Assembly (NCBI GenBank): GCA_030390025.1
Contig: CM059433.1
Span: forward strand, 24,554,001 to 24,618,000
DNA from: Squalus acanthias
Lineage: Eukaryota
Direction of reading: 5' to 3'
DNA: 64,000 nt
The notes under the pieces were generated by a model, which was not told the origin of the DNA, ran no database searches, and was given only the letters and a program-made list of their open reading frames with translations. Of the stretch, positions 11,621-25,105 are shown piece by piece. A program made the position numbers and the translations under genes. Positions within the stretch are counted from its first letter, which is position 1. Each line of letters opens with the position of its first letter.

Positions 11621-13224
11621 TAACTTCCTCTCTTGACAGTACTTCCATGCCTTTCATGTTTTCCATGGCCTTAAGTTACAATTTTATGATCTGTATGTTT
11701 GCATAACATCCCACCTGGTATCATTTAGTTTTCCCTTGTTAAGGTGTTAAACTATGATTACTGTGGCTGAGCTCTAGGTGGGTGGTTTAATTTTCCGTGG
11801 GTGGGAGTCATGCTACTGTTGATCAGAAAGTGCTGCATTTCTGCCCGGGCAACGGTGAGCCGCTTTCACACACAATAATTGGGACTGTGTAGAAGGACCA
11901 CAGCGCAGAAGGCCCTTCAGCCCAATGCTCTTCGCTTGCCACATAGCCCGGCTTCTGTTTCAATTTTTTATCTGCTCTTCGGTAACAGTTTCTGACCAAA
12001 TTGCTCCTTGTTGCAAAGCATTCCACGCTCTATCGAAAAATTTCTCCTAACCTTTCATCAGTGACCGCAGCCGGATGGTCTTTCCCTAATCGACCTAACA
12101 AAATCCTTCATAATTTAAAAACTTCATTTATATCTCATTTTGGCCAGCTCTGCTCCAGTGGCAATAATCCCACTATTTCAAGCCTTTCCTCATAACCCTT
12201 CCCCACCCTTGTTATCATCCTGGTGAATCTAAGCGGTATGCTCTATGGCTTTAATATCCTTCCTATAATGTGGTGCCCAAAACTGCACACAGTACTCTAA
12301 CTATAACCTCACAATTGCCATGTACAAATTAATCATTTTTTTGCTTTTGTATTGTGTAATATATCTGCAAAATCACTGTTACCATGTTGTATTTCCCCCT
12401 GTATTATCACTACTTATTCCTCATATACTATGGTATTTACAAATACTCTAGCATTATGGGCTTTACGTGACCACCTACTTACTATGTGTACACTCCCAGA
12501 AGTAATGTTAATGATGATTGCCTGCCTAATCTTGAAATGATTCCCTGCTTGACTTTAATCATCTGTGCAGTGTTTCCATCGCACTCTTCATTAATAGATC
12601 ACCACAGAGTTACTGAACATCCAGAGTGCATGACCTTACCCACCCGATCAGCATCACGTGGTGCAACAGTCTCTGTAAATTAATCACGATCCTCACACCA
12701 GCCAAACTTCACAATTAATTGGAATGTCAACAAAGCTAAGCATCTGCATATTTAGTCAACTGTGAAACCAAACATTTCATTGGTCAACAAACTTTTTCTG
12801 CATTCGACTGGGTGTTAACCTAATCTCAAAACAATTTATGCATGTAGTTTGCTGGATGTGCTCCATTGTTGAAGATTAAGCCCACATTGCTCTATAGGAG
12901 CCACAGTGCAGAAGAGAGTTTTAGCTTGGCTCCGTTCTCAGCTGTTTGAACTGCAAGTTTGCATCTGGCCCATCAAGTAGTAAGAATTGACAACATTGCT
13001 GCTAATTCCAATCTGTTTTATAGCTTTTGCAATATAATTTCCATGATTTTTTTTTTCCTGCATCATATTCTAATTACTGGACCTTTACACTTTGAACTGT
13101 TTCTTTAAATCTAAATTTTAAACATTCCAAACCCATAATAGTTAACACATACAATAATTCCAGCTATATTCTAAACAATGTACAATACAATTTGATGCAT
13201 CATTGATTCTTTTTAACTTATTAT

Positions 13225-13430
13225 GCAGCGAGTTATGATCTGCAATGCACTGCCCGAAAGGGTGGTGGAAGCAGATTTAGTAATAACTTTCAAAAGGGAA
13301 TTGGATACATGAAGGGGAAAAATTGCAGGGCTATGGAGAAAGGGAATGGGACAAATTGGATAGCTCTTTCAAAGAGCTGGCATGGGCACGGGCCAAATTA
13401 CCACCTCCTGTGCTGCACCATTCTATGATT
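13225..13430 (+). mobile_element. CR1 3' tail fragment
   Basis: GCAGCGAGTTATGATCTGCAATGCACTGCC...CATTCTATGATT tail. Confidence 0.8.
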
Positions 13431-13609
13431 TTGCCCAAATAATTCACAGCTATTTTAAGGTTGATCATGCAGTTGGAAATAGTAATTTTTTCAGGTTGTG
13501 CGCATATGTCTTTTGGGAAAAAATAAAACCATGTTCAGATTTAATCGGCAAAACCATTTTGGAAAGAACAAATGTATTGCTTTAAATTAAGAAAAGCTTG
13601 TAACTGTGC

Positions 13610-14630
13610 TGCGTTTTCCCTCCTTGCCCTCTTCAACCTCTCTGCAGCATTTAATACAGTCGGCCACTCGATTCTCCTCCCTCGCCTCTCCTCTGTTGTC
13701 CTGCTCTATGGGATTGGCCTCATGTGGTTGCACCCCTACCTATCAAAACAAAGTCAGCACACCTCCAGCAATGGCTTCTCTTCCAACCCCTGAGCAGTCA
13801 CCCTGGAATGCTCTCCCTCCTTCCCCATCTACATGTTGCCACTCAAGTAATATCTGCAGTCACCGAGTCAGCATCCGCATGTATGCTACTGCCACCCAGC
13901 GCTACCTCTCCGCCACCTACCTCAACCTCACAACAACCTGTCTGGATATCAAGGCATGGATGAGTTAAAGTTTCCTGCAACTGAACATAGAGAAGACCGG
14001 AACCATCATTTTTAGCCCCTGCCATAATCTTTGCTCCCTTGCCACTGACTCTACATCCCACCCCAGCCATGCACAGAGGCTGAACCAGATCATGCAAAAC
14101 CTTGCTGCCCTGTTTGACCCACAGTTTAGCTTCAATCTCCACAACCAGTCTATCACTAAACCACTTTCATCTCGGCAAAATTATCTGCGTTTGCCCCACA
14201 ATGCTAAAGCCCTTTATATTTGTTTTTGAGAAATGGGCAATGATGGCAAGGCTGCATTCATTGCCCATCACAAGTTGCCCTGAAAAGGTTGTGGTGGGCC
14301 TTGTCCTTGAACCATTGCACACTTTTGTCACCTCCAATGTCCTCTTTGCTGAGTCCCATACTCCAAACTGGCCTCCGTCTCTGGCCCTTTGTATATCCAT
14401 CAATCCATCTTGACCCTACTGGCTGAAATTCTCTCCCTAAACCCCTGTGTTTCACCATTTCTCTCTTCACCTTTTAAAAACTGTCTCAAAATTCATCTTA
14501 TTGATCAAGCTTTTGGTCACCTCTCCTACTATGGTTTGGTGTCTGTTCCTTTATTTCATTCATTTGCTCTTCCTCTCTGGTTTTTAAGCTACAGGTGCTG
14601 TATAAATGCAAGTTGTTGTTGTTGTTGTTG
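13610..14630 (+). mobile_element. L2 LINE ORF2/3' fragment, decayed
   Basis: LLALFNLSAAFNTVGHSILLPRL (L2 RT motif LLDLSAAFDTVDHSILL), MYATATQRYLS (YADDTQLY), tail TATAAATGCAAG(TTG)n. Confidence 0.8.
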
Positions 14631-15281
14631 TCTTCATGTATCATGCTAAAAGGAGTTGGTATGCATCATTTGCACCATCCTCAGGGTCTCCTCCCCCCAC
14701 ACTTTCATTCAGCTAATTGACTACATTGTGCACTGCTCAGTATGGGGAGATGATGAAGCAAGAAGGGGAAATTGTTGTGTGTGCCACACCAGAAATGCAG
14801 TGTGCTAATGATGACATTTCTGAGTTTTATTGTGTTTAACCCTAATTTTGAAATTCATCTTTCAACAGTTATTGGATTTGATCCTTTAAATCTTCAAATC
14901 AGAGGCTTATATATGAACTTGGTGCATTTTTCAGCCTGTCAAATCTAGTCCTTTTCAAGGCAAGAGTTGGAAGGGTCAGATGGGGCTGGTTCAAAGGCAC
15001 ATATCTTGGACAATAGGAGGGACAGCTGGCATCATGAGTATGTGCCTTATTGGAGACAGACAGATATGGCAGGGTAAAGTTTAATGTTGGTCATAATGGT
15101 AGAACAGAATGGAACAATGTTCTTTGTCAAGCTCATTAAGATTAGAGTTAGAGGAAAAGTAAGTGGACCATCAGTATGACATAGAGGTAGAAGGGAGGAA
15201 TCTCAGAACGTAGCTGCTGAAATGCATCAGAAAGAAGAACTGATAGGATAGGAAGACAATAGATGAGGGACTTCAGTTACA

Positions 15282-15707
15282 TGGATAGACTAGAGAAGCT
15301 GGGGTGGTTCTTCTTGGAGCAGAGAAGGTTGAGAGGAGATTTGATAGAAGTGTTCAAAATCACGAGGGGTCTAGACAGAGTAGATAGGGAGAAACTGTTC
15401 CCATTGGCGGAAGGGTCGAGAACCAGAGGACACAGATTCAAGGTGATTGGCAAAAGAACCAAAGGCGACATGAGGAAAAACTTTTTTACGCAGCGCGTGG
15501 TTAGGATCTGGAATGCAATGCCTGAAAGGGTGGTGGAGGCAGACTCAATCGTGGCTTTCATAAGGGAATTCGATAAGTACCTGAAGGAAAAAAATATGCA
15601 GGGCTACAGGGAAAGGGCGGGGGATTGGGACTCGCTGAAGTTCTCTTGCAGAGAGCCGGCACGGGCCAAATGGCCTCCTTCTGTGCTGTAACCATTCTAT
15701 GATTCTA
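15282..15707 (+). mobile_element. CR1 3' fragment, young
   Basis: Open ORF2 C-terminus (RLEKLG..LEQRRLRGDLIEVFKI...FFTQRVVRIWN) plus (ATTCTATG)n tail; very similar to 43474-43910. Confidence 0.9.
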
Positions 15708-15877
15708 TAATTAATACACTTGTGTGTAGCATTTCTAGTAGTGGACTTGCAGGTATAGTAATATACATGGCAATAACCTTGTTTAACCTTATTGTCTGTC
15801 AATATATTAAATAGGCAATATCATGATGATAAAGTGTTTGGCAAACCTTTTTGAATTAGATAATCAGAAGAATGGAA

Positions 15878-16215
15878 GCTCCCAGTGACCTAGTGGGTGA
15901 ATGTACCATGTGTGGTACAAAGTCATACACACCAGAAGGTCCCAGTCCTGATTGCCTGTGCTACAATTGGCCTCTACATGCTTGGGATAGCATGCTGAAA
16001 AATAAACCAGGGCTACGACTCCTGATTCCTATCTATTAACCCTTGCTGGAAAAGTGCATATGTGAATATTGGGTGAGGACATGGTCAGGCATGGCTATGA
16101 TGGCCTCTGAGCTCATATAGCCTGTCACTTCATGGAGAGGAAGGCTCCAGTAATGGTGCCAGAGCAACTATGTCAGCAAGAGTTAGTGTCTTCAGGAAGA
16201 TGGAGAAAATTGGGC
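15878..16215 (+). mobile_element. AmnSINE2-like ancient SINE
   Basis: CAGAAGGTCCCAG, GCTACAATTGGCCT, CTGGAAAAGTG, GGGTGAGGACA, CTTCAGG...GGAGAAAATTGG. Further diverged copies at about 19705-19990, 20035-20290, 29690-30040(-), 31720-32060(-), 44520-44815(-). Family name is from recollection. Confidence 0.6.
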
Positions 16216-17931
16216 TGGGGGGGACAACATAAAGAGTAAAACAGGAAAAGGCCATTTTGTCAGTCAAGCACACTCTAAAGACCATGACAATCTACACTAT
16301 TATGGACTAACTATTTACATCTGAAGGAATTATTGGCATAAATAGACAAAGGTAAACTTAAAAATATTTATTGGCAGAGGGAGAAAAGCTGGGTATAGTT
16401 TTCCTCATGCATAACCACAGCAATGATACATTTTAACAAGATTTACATCCAAACATAAATGTTTGCCAAACACTTTTCAAAGACTATATTCCTTTTATAG
16501 TGAGGTAACAGGAAGGACTGGTGTGCACAGCTGTAGCTCCCCTTGCTGGCTCAACTCTGCATTGCACTGAAACGTCACATCTCATTAATGACAGAGTTAC
16601 TATGCTAGTAATCTTCGCAGAAACAACTAAATCTTGGCAGGGTAATTCCTTTAAAAACACCTCAATAGCAATCATTAGTGATGAGCTAAAATATTCTGAA
16701 ATGCTGATAGATCTCCCATAGCATTGCTCAGGGGTAATCCAGCACATAGGCTGTGGAATGCAGCATAGGTTAGGGAGTTGGACCAAATCGGAGCTGGAGT
16801 GGAGATAGAGCAGCATAAGACTTAAATTGAAGATGGGATGGAGTGGGGCCAATTTAGCATCTGGAAGGTACTTGGCATCAGTTCAGAGCCTGAGGTGGCC
16901 TAACACCAGGGTGTTTGCATTCCTGGGATGAGGCCAGGAGTATAGGCAGCCCGAGGTTTGAGGTTGGGCAAAGCTTGGCGAGAGTGATGGGATAGGAAAA
17001 AAAGATTAATTTCATAACTCATTTTGAAGGTCTGATGTCTTTGACTAGAATATTAATTAATGTATTTGTAGACAATTGTATAGTTAAGTCTAATTGTGTG
17101 CAAAATTTAAAATATTTTTATATTTGGAATGATTTGATTTTCAGTCCATTGTTGGCAGGTAGAGGGGGAAACGAAGACGAATGAAACAATTTTCAAAACA
17201 TTTTTTGTGCAATTTGATTGATTTGCCTTCTCTTGACTGTTCAGGATTCATTATTTTCAGACGTTCTTAGTCATTTCTCATGGTTATTTTCTAGCTGCTG
17301 TCCTCACTTTCGATTTGCACATTCACAAACTTAGCAGTTCTCATTTGTTGCCGTTTCAATTTAAGGGAATCAAAAAGCGTGATGCTAAAAATGACATGAC
17401 AGGAAGTGCTGGCTTTATACCAGTTTAATAAATTAAATAGGAACAGGAGTAGGCTATTCATCCCCTAGAATCTATCCCGCTGTTCAATTAGATCATGGAT
17501 GATCTGTATCTCAACTCCATCTACACACATTGTTTCCATAACCCTTAATACCCTTGCCCAACAAAAATCTATCAATTTCTGCTTTGATATTTTCAATTGA
17601 CCCCCAGCCTCAACAGCTTTTTTGGGGGAAGTTTCAGATTCCCACTACCCTTTTGTGTGAAGAAGTGCTTCATGACATCACCCCTGAATGGCCTAGCTCT
17701 AATTTTAAGGTCATGACCCCTTTTTCTGGACTCCCCACCAGAGGAAATAATTTCTCTCCATCTACCCTATCAACTCCTTTAACCATTTTAAACAACTCAA
17801 TTAGATCACCCCTTCATCTCCTATACTCAAAGGAATACAACCCTGGGCTATGCAACCTGTCCTCATAATTTAACTCTCTTAGCCCCGGTATCATTCTAGT
17901 GAACCTGTGCTACACCCCCTCCAAAGTTAAT

Positions 17932-19206
17932 GGGCCAAAAATTCGGCACTTGCTGGGTGAGTACACCCGCAAGGCCTCCTGAAGTGCCGGTGTCCTGCAT
18001 GCACTGCGCATGCGCGGGAAACCGGAACTTCCGGTCTCGTGAAGGGAGCGGTTCAGAGGTGAACCGCGTGCGCGGTAGAGGCTGCACACACGCAGCAAAC
18101 TTAGGTTTTTTTTCAGGTTTCTCCGGGAGGGTAAATATTGAAGAACCTGCGCTTTTAAAACAGCCTTCGAGACACACGACAACGCAAAATCATCGAGCAG
18201 AAACTGATGGCCAAGTTCCGCACCCATGAGGACGGCCTCAACCGAGATCTTGGGTTCATGTCACGCTACACGACGTACAGTCATCCAGACTCGAGTCGTC
18301 ATTGGCTTGTTCACAGATGTGATTTCCAGTAAAAAAAAAAGTAAAAATTTTAAAGTTTATGGTTTTCCATACAGACTGCATTTGACACATTAGACCCCCT
18401 GTGATCCCACCTCATTGTCTCAGTTGTATCTTGCTATGTCTTTGATGTGGTGCCTTCCTGGCTGACCTGATCGTTTCTCTGCCGAGGTGTGATGAAAGGC
18501 AGTCAAAGATTAACTGTAGTCGTCTGAGATTGTACGCTACACAGGCATTGTTCTCTGTCTATATATGCTTTGCCGATTCGTATTCCTTTACGTCACCCGA
18601 CGAAGGGGCAGCAGCTCTGAAAGCTTGTGATTTCAAATAAAACTGTTGGACTATAACCTGGTGTTGTGCGACTTCTCACTTTCAAAAAGGAGACGCAGGA
18701 CCCGTTTTCAACAAGGTAAGTGGTTAATTAATTATAATTTAAAAATTTTTTCAACAGGTTTATCTTTTTTAGATACTTTAAAGAAAGGTAAGTTTATTTT
18801 TAGCACTGTTAAAGTATTTTAATTTTTTCAAAAATTTAAATTTTTGTTTAAAGTAGTTAATTTATTTAACTTAGTTATTTTATAAATGTGATGGGTTTTT
18901 AAAAATTTATTTGAAGTTCAGCTGTTCTTTTGGGGCTGATTTCAATTCATAGATTTGACAGGTCTTCCTGCCAAATCTATGGATGAAAGATGGTCTGCTG
19001 CCATTGGCTCTCCATGGCCCACATGATCCCAGGGGACGCATCGTACTAACTACGCCCCTGGGACACGCAAGCACTGCGCGCCGGCACTTGGAGCAGGCCC
19101 AGGAGCTGAAGTCCCCGTGGGCCCAGAGGTCAACAGCAGGCGCGGTAGGTAAGTGCGCACGCGATCCTTACCCCCGCGGCAAGCCGGAGAGGCGAATTTC
19201 AGGGCC
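17932..19206. mobile_element. Harbinger/PIF-type non-autonomous DNA transposon with 3-bp TSD
   Basis: Imperfect TIRs GGGCCAAAAATTCG / CGAATTTCAGGGCC; AAT duplicated at 17929-17931 and 19207-19209. Confidence 0.75.
18163..18683 (+). mobile_element. Penelope-like 3' fragment (second family) nested in the MITE
   Basis: Encodes LRDTRQRKIIEQKLMAKFRTHEDGLNRDLGFMSRY (GIY-YIG C-terminus, same family as 50048-50795); degenerate hammerhead at about 18595-18627. Confidence 0.8.
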
Positions 19207-20866
19207 AATATATCCTTCTGAGGTGCGGTGTCCAGAACTGAACACAGTACTCTAAAAGGGGTCTGTAACATAACTTCCACTCCTTTGTATTCCAGCCCTC
19301 TCGAGATAAAGGCCAACATTCCACTAGCCTTTTTAATTAGTTTTCGTACCTGTCTACTAGCTTTTACCGATTGCTGTACTTGGACTCCTAAATCTCTCTG
19401 CTCCTGCCCAGTTCCTAGCTTGTCACCATGTAGAAAATACTCTGATCTACCTTTCTTGGGTCCAAAGTGGATGACCTCGCTTTCCTACATTGAACTCCAT
19501 CTGCTGCAGTTTTGCCTACTCACTTAATCTGTCAATGTCCCTTTGCAACTTAAGTGTCATCAGTAAACTTGGATATAAGGCTCTCTATTCCTTCAACTAA
19601 GTCATTGATAAATATAGTGAAAAGCTGAGGCCCCAGTACAGATCGCTGGGGCATACCACTGATCATCTCCTTCCAATTGAAGTACATACTCATTATTCCT
19701 ACTCTGTTCCTGATCACTGTCTAGTGACTCTGCAGCAATGAGCACAAAAGTAGGCATTGGGCAAAGAACCTATGCTGTAATATCCATTGCAGTCAAATAG
19801 CCTGCTGACACTTTGGCCTACATTTTCCAATTATAACGAACAAATAACCCATTCATCTTACAGGGGTTACCGAGGGCTTTATGATCAGAAATCTGGGGCA
19901 AGAATGGCCACTTAGCTGAGTCACCTGAGGGCTGCAGACTCTGTAGCCCAGTACGTCACTGCTTTCAGGACATGAGGGGAGAAAAATGGGCAGCTGTGGG
20001 ATTTCCCTCCTTGTAAAAGTCTATTGGGTTAACTGAGCTCAACCATGGTGGCAGATGGATGCTACAATTGATTACAGTGCCCCTGGACTGGAACAATCAA
20101 CCTAGGAGTCCTACTCTTGTATCCTATTCAGTGACCTACACCAGGAAGTGTATGTATGTGGTTACCGGGTAAGGGCAGGATTGGGCTCAGCTGCAAAGCT
20201 CTCCCCAATTGAGTAACCCGCTGACACTCAATGTTCAGGTTCACATATGCAGAATGGCCATTTGGTTGATATACTGCAGAACTGCTGGTACTCATGGATT
20301 CATAGCCCACCATTGATGAGAGAGCTGCTGATCCAGCACTTCCACAGCATAGGGTCGTGGGGGAAGGCGGAAGAAATCTCGCCAAGTAGCTCCCAAACAT
20401 GTTTTGGAGGCCGGCTCAAGAGCTGTATTAGCAGACCGTTGGATCAAGTTACTGGTTGGATCTCAGCTGGTGTGTTATGTCCAATTCTGTCCAGTACATG
20501 TCACAAAGGATGTCACAGCCTTGGAGAAGGAGCATACCAGTGATGAGTGACTTCAGTTATGTGGCAAGGTGAGAGCTGAAATTGTTCTTGGAGTAGAGAA
20601 TCTTAAGGGGAAATTTAATAAGTGTTCAAAATTTTGAACCTATTGCTTGCTGTATGTGTGGACTTTCCAGCTCTTCTGGTTTTGCTCAAATCACCCTACA
20701 ATATAAACAGGGATTATAGAACCTTCAGGACTGCTGAATTAACAACTGTTTGGGTGAAATGTTAGAATTATAACTGTCTGACTTCCACCTCAAACAGGAT
20801 TGCTGTTTCAAGTTACTTTAAGGAAACGGCATGGTCTGACCCATTAAACGGCATTAGATACAGGTG

Positions 20867-21060
20867 CAAAAGCAAAATACTGTGGCTGCTGGACATCTGA
20901 AATATAAACAGAAAATGCTGGAAATACTTAGGTCAGGCAGGATCTGTGGAAACAGTTAACGTTTCAGGTCGCTGACCCTTCGTTAGAACTGGCGGTTCTG
21001 ACGAAGTCATCGACCTGAAACGTTACTCTCTCCACAGATGCTGCCTGACCTGAGTATTTC
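20867..21060. mobile_element. Penelope pseudo-LTR-derived fold-back mini-element with two opposed hammerhead motifs and a 15-bp TSD
   Basis: Left arm is an inverted pseudo-LTR end, right arm is direct; CATTAGATACAGGTG at 20852-20866 and 21061-21075. Confidence 0.8.
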
Positions 21061-21097
21061 CATTAGATACAGGTGGTCTGATTTGCTTCAGTAATAG

Positions 21098-21418
21098 ATT
21101 CAACAATTTCAGACCATAACCTCTGCCCCTATTTTTTCACATGGCAGCTGTTAATGTTTCTGCTATTCCCATTTACACCTTCTTAACTCATCTAGTTTCT
21201 TTTTGTCCCATTATCACCCCTCATCATTCAATCACGCCTGCCTTCCATCCTATCTCAAATCTTCCCTTTTGTTCCTTCCTCCCTTCCCTGCACCTGCTTA
21301 AAATCTGTTAACTTTTTCCAGTTCTGCTGGAAGGTTATTGACGTGAAACGTTAACTCAGTTTCTCTCTCCACAGATGCTGCCTGACCTGATTACCACCAG
21401 CATTTTGTTTTTATTTTA
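21098..21418 (+). mobile_element. Penelope pseudo-LTR fragment
   Basis: Collinear with about 10405-10820; degenerate hammerhead at about 21319-21356. Confidence 0.75.
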
Positions 21419-22494
21419 AATTTGCTTGCCCTTGTCATTTAAAAAAAAAAGCATTCTGCAGCCTGACTTGTAAAATTGAGTAGTCTGTGTGAACCTAAGA
21501 TATGTCAGGGAGTATGTGGATTGGTGAGCAATAAGTCCTTACATAAAAGGAGGGATCTCTATTCATCCACACCCTTCAACCTCTTGCCATTAATTGTATA
21601 CTCACATTCCTGGTTTTTCCTCAAAACTATTACCTCACTTAACCATATTGAATCTGTCCATTTCATTAATCTGGCTGTGTCATTGTGAACTCAGTGTTCT
21701 GGTTTTGACACATTGCTTTTACTTGAATACTTCAGAAACTATAGATTACATTGTGAAGATTGCCAAATGTAGTTTCCTTTTTCATAGACTAAAACTCCAA
21801 GTATTTTTATTGTTGGAACAGGAGACAATGACTGCAACCTGTATCTGATGCAGATTATAAAGATTCTTTTACTTTGTTTAAATGATGAATGTGTGCTTCC
21901 TTGGAATGTCTAAACATTAACAAAAGCACATGATTAAAACAAGCTAAACCAATGACATGAGATGACACCATTGCATCTCAATTGTATACCTTAATATCCA
22001 GTACATTACTAACTAACCAAGAACTGGCAGGGCCACTTTTACTAGTGACCAAATAAATTAAATTTAATTAAATTGTGGGTTGTGTGCGTATCATATTCAA
22101 TGCTACTGTTTATAATTAAGACCACTTGTTTTATAGTGACTGAACAAATCAGTGATTTTTATTGTAGGGTTTTCTGGGTGTTGAAAGCATTGCTTTCTGC
22201 AATTGATCCATTTTTCAGTGAGAACTGCAAACCAATGACCTTGGTGGTGCTGACTGATCATACTAACATAAGAGCAAGAGAACATTCAGAAATAAATAAC
22301 TGGAACATTCTGCCAAGCTAAAAAAAAAATTACAATGAAACAAAATTAAAACAGGATCAGTGAGTGAACATTCTCCCCAATTACTGAAACTTAGTCAAAG
22401 AGCTGTGATGGTCTGACTTGTTTGATCTTTAGTGCTTGGCAGTTGTGACACTGCTCCTTTTATGTATAGCCTTGTCCAACAGCATTATTAAAGA

Positions 22495-22788
22495 ATATGC
22501 ATTTATGTAGCACCTTCAGTGCAGTCATTGCTGTAATGTAAGGAAACAACAATGAGATAAATGACCAGATAATCTGTTTGTTATGTTGGTTGAGGTAGCC
22601 ATGACACCAGAACTCCCCTCCTCTTCAAATAGTGCCATAGAATCATTTATATCCACCCAAGAGACAGCACACTCACTAGTGCACTGAACTGTCAGTCTAG
22701 ATTGTGTTCAACTCTCCAGCTTAGGGCTTGAACCCATAACCACCTGATTGAGGCAAAAGTGCCATCACCTAAACCATAGCTGACACCT
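22495..22788 (-). mobile_element. Degraded SacSINE1/Deu-like SINE
   Basis: Reverse-complement similarity to 522-997 (ATGACCAGATAATCTG, CTCTTCAAATAGTGCCAT, CTTGAACCCA). Confidence 0.65.
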
Positions 22789-24117
22789 GAATACCAGGGA
22801 AGTCATTTTCACATCACAATAGAACATTCATTTATCTTACTGAGTCACACAGCACATTCTGCCAGTAGTGATTGATATTTGGGCTGGAGACCTGGTAGCA
22901 ACAAAATGGTGGCTTAAGACTGGAATTACACTGCACTCTAGGGGCACTGAAATCAGTGTAAATTAGCCTATTGGGGTGGGTCACAGACTGCTTTGCATGT
23001 TGAGGTTCTTTGAGTTAACAGCTATTTTTGGCTTGAAGTTATGAATTCATACACCATTAAAAACCCAGTTATACCTCTTAACAAGGCTCAACTTTTGCCA
23101 GGAGGGTTTAACAGCAATTAGTGTAAAAGGGACATTCATATCAGTTCAATTGATTTCTAAAGATTGACATCTGCAGAGACTTCAACAGCACACCTGGAGG
23201 AGGAGCAGGGAAGGAATCACAGCAACTTCTGGAATTCCATGTGTGACTGCATATGCAGACACCAGAAGTTGCTGTCAGTTTCACACAAATGACAGCAAGT
23301 GCTAACAGTTTCACCATCATTACAATTGCAAAATCTGGGCCATTGTCTGATTAACTTTTAAAAGTGAGTGACATTAACCCAAATTAACTGAAGATTTTGC
23401 AGATTACTGATCTTTCACAATCACAAGTCTGTCTGTATTGCTGAATTAGTGTTCTAACATAACTCAGTGTCATATCAACTTCCCCTCCACTGCAGTAAAA
23501 GGCCATGGAGCAAATGCAATGGAAAGGCCTTTTAATAAAGCATTAATCTTGGAAGGGGACAAAAGTACTATAGCTAAAGGATACAATGAGAAAGGCACTA
23601 TAACCATATGGTTTTCAAAAAGCTTTGTGGCTAATTCAACAAGACTCGACTATAAAGGGAGGTAGAAAACAATTCAATGTAGCATGTACACTACTAGTCA
23701 AATTCAACATTAGTAGCTCAGCATGTTGAACTTTCTGAAAACTACAGAGAACACAAACTAATTCCCAGCAACAAACAATGCTGGTTTATACTGAGGGGCT
23801 ACTGAATACAGCAAGAGCCACAGGAAGTTAAAATTCAGCCGAGAGTTGGGGATGAAAAGTCTCCAGTATCAAATTAAGAGGCATTGATGCGGAGTAAAAC
23901 AGATTAGTGTCAAATCCAGTTCCCCATAGTCCACAGCACACAGAGTTACCCTATAATTAAGCATAAAGGAATTTTTTTTGTATTCAGGTGCCTCATCCAC
24001 ACTTTTGTTTGTTGTAGCCTTTTAATGCCAGTAACGCCAAGGACACTCCCATCACCCTGGGCCAACTGGTTCTGTAGGTTTATAAGCTCAGTGCGACACT
24101 GCAGTAAGCAATATTAC

Positions 24118-25105
24118 ATAAACATAAAACACAAAGAACCAAAAGTAGGCCATACAACCCTTTGAGCCAGCTCTGCTGTTCAATATGAACATGGCTGATC
24201 TTCAACCTCAACTCCACTTTCTCACCTGATCCCCACATCCCTTAATTCCCCTAGAGTCCAAAAATCTATCTCAGCCTTGAATATACTCACGACTGAGCAT
24301 CTACAGCCCTCTGGGGTAGAGAATTTCAAAGATTCACAACCCTGAGTGAAGAAACTCCTGATCAGTCTTAAATGGCTGACCCCTTATCCAGAGACTATGC
24401 CCCCTAGTTCTATACTCTCCAGCCAGGGGAAACAAATTAGCAGCTACCTGGTCAAGCCCTCAGAATCTTGTGTTTCAATGGGATCACCTCATTCTTCTAC
24501 ACTCCAGAGTATAGGCCTATTCTACTCCACCCCTTCATCCCAGGAATCAGTCTAGTGAACCTCCATTGCACCACCTCCAAGGCAAGTACATCTCTCCTTA
24601 GATAAGGAGACCAAAACTGTGCACAATACTCCAGGTGTGGTTTCACCAAAGCCCTGTACAATTGTAGTAAGACTTGCTTACTCTTGTACTCCAACCCCCT
24701 TGCAATAAAGGCCAACATGCCATTTGCCTTCCTGATTGCTTGCTGTACCTGCATGCTAACTTTGTTTCTTGTATGAGAACACCTAAATCTCTCTGAACAC
24801 CACCATTTAAAAGTTTACTATTTTAAAAATATTGTTTTTCTATTCTTCCTACCAAAGTGAATAACCTAATTTCCCCATATTATACTCCATCTGCCACCTT
24901 ATTGCCCACTTACTTAACCTGCCTATATCCTTTTGCAGACTCTGTTCATAGTTTACTGTCCCCACCTAGCTTTGTATCAGCGAATTTGGATACATTAATC
25001 CAAGTCATTAATATAGATTGTAAATAGCTGTGGCCCCAACACTGATCCTTGCAGCACCCCACTAGTTACAACCTGCCAACCTGAAAATGACCAGTTTATC
25101 CCTAT
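24118..25105 (-). mobile_element. CR1 LINE 3' fragment
   Basis: ORF 24497-24754: QVQQAIRKANGMLAFIARGLEYKSKQVLLQLYRALVKPHLEYCAQFWSP. Confidence 0.9.

Larger units (their letters stand above)
17437..19710 (-). mobile_element. CR1 LINE 3' part, interrupted by a MITE
   Basis: Minus-strand CR1 tail at 17437 and ORF2 remnants (MLAFISRGLEYKG); sequence resumes collinearly after 19206. Confidence 0.85.
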
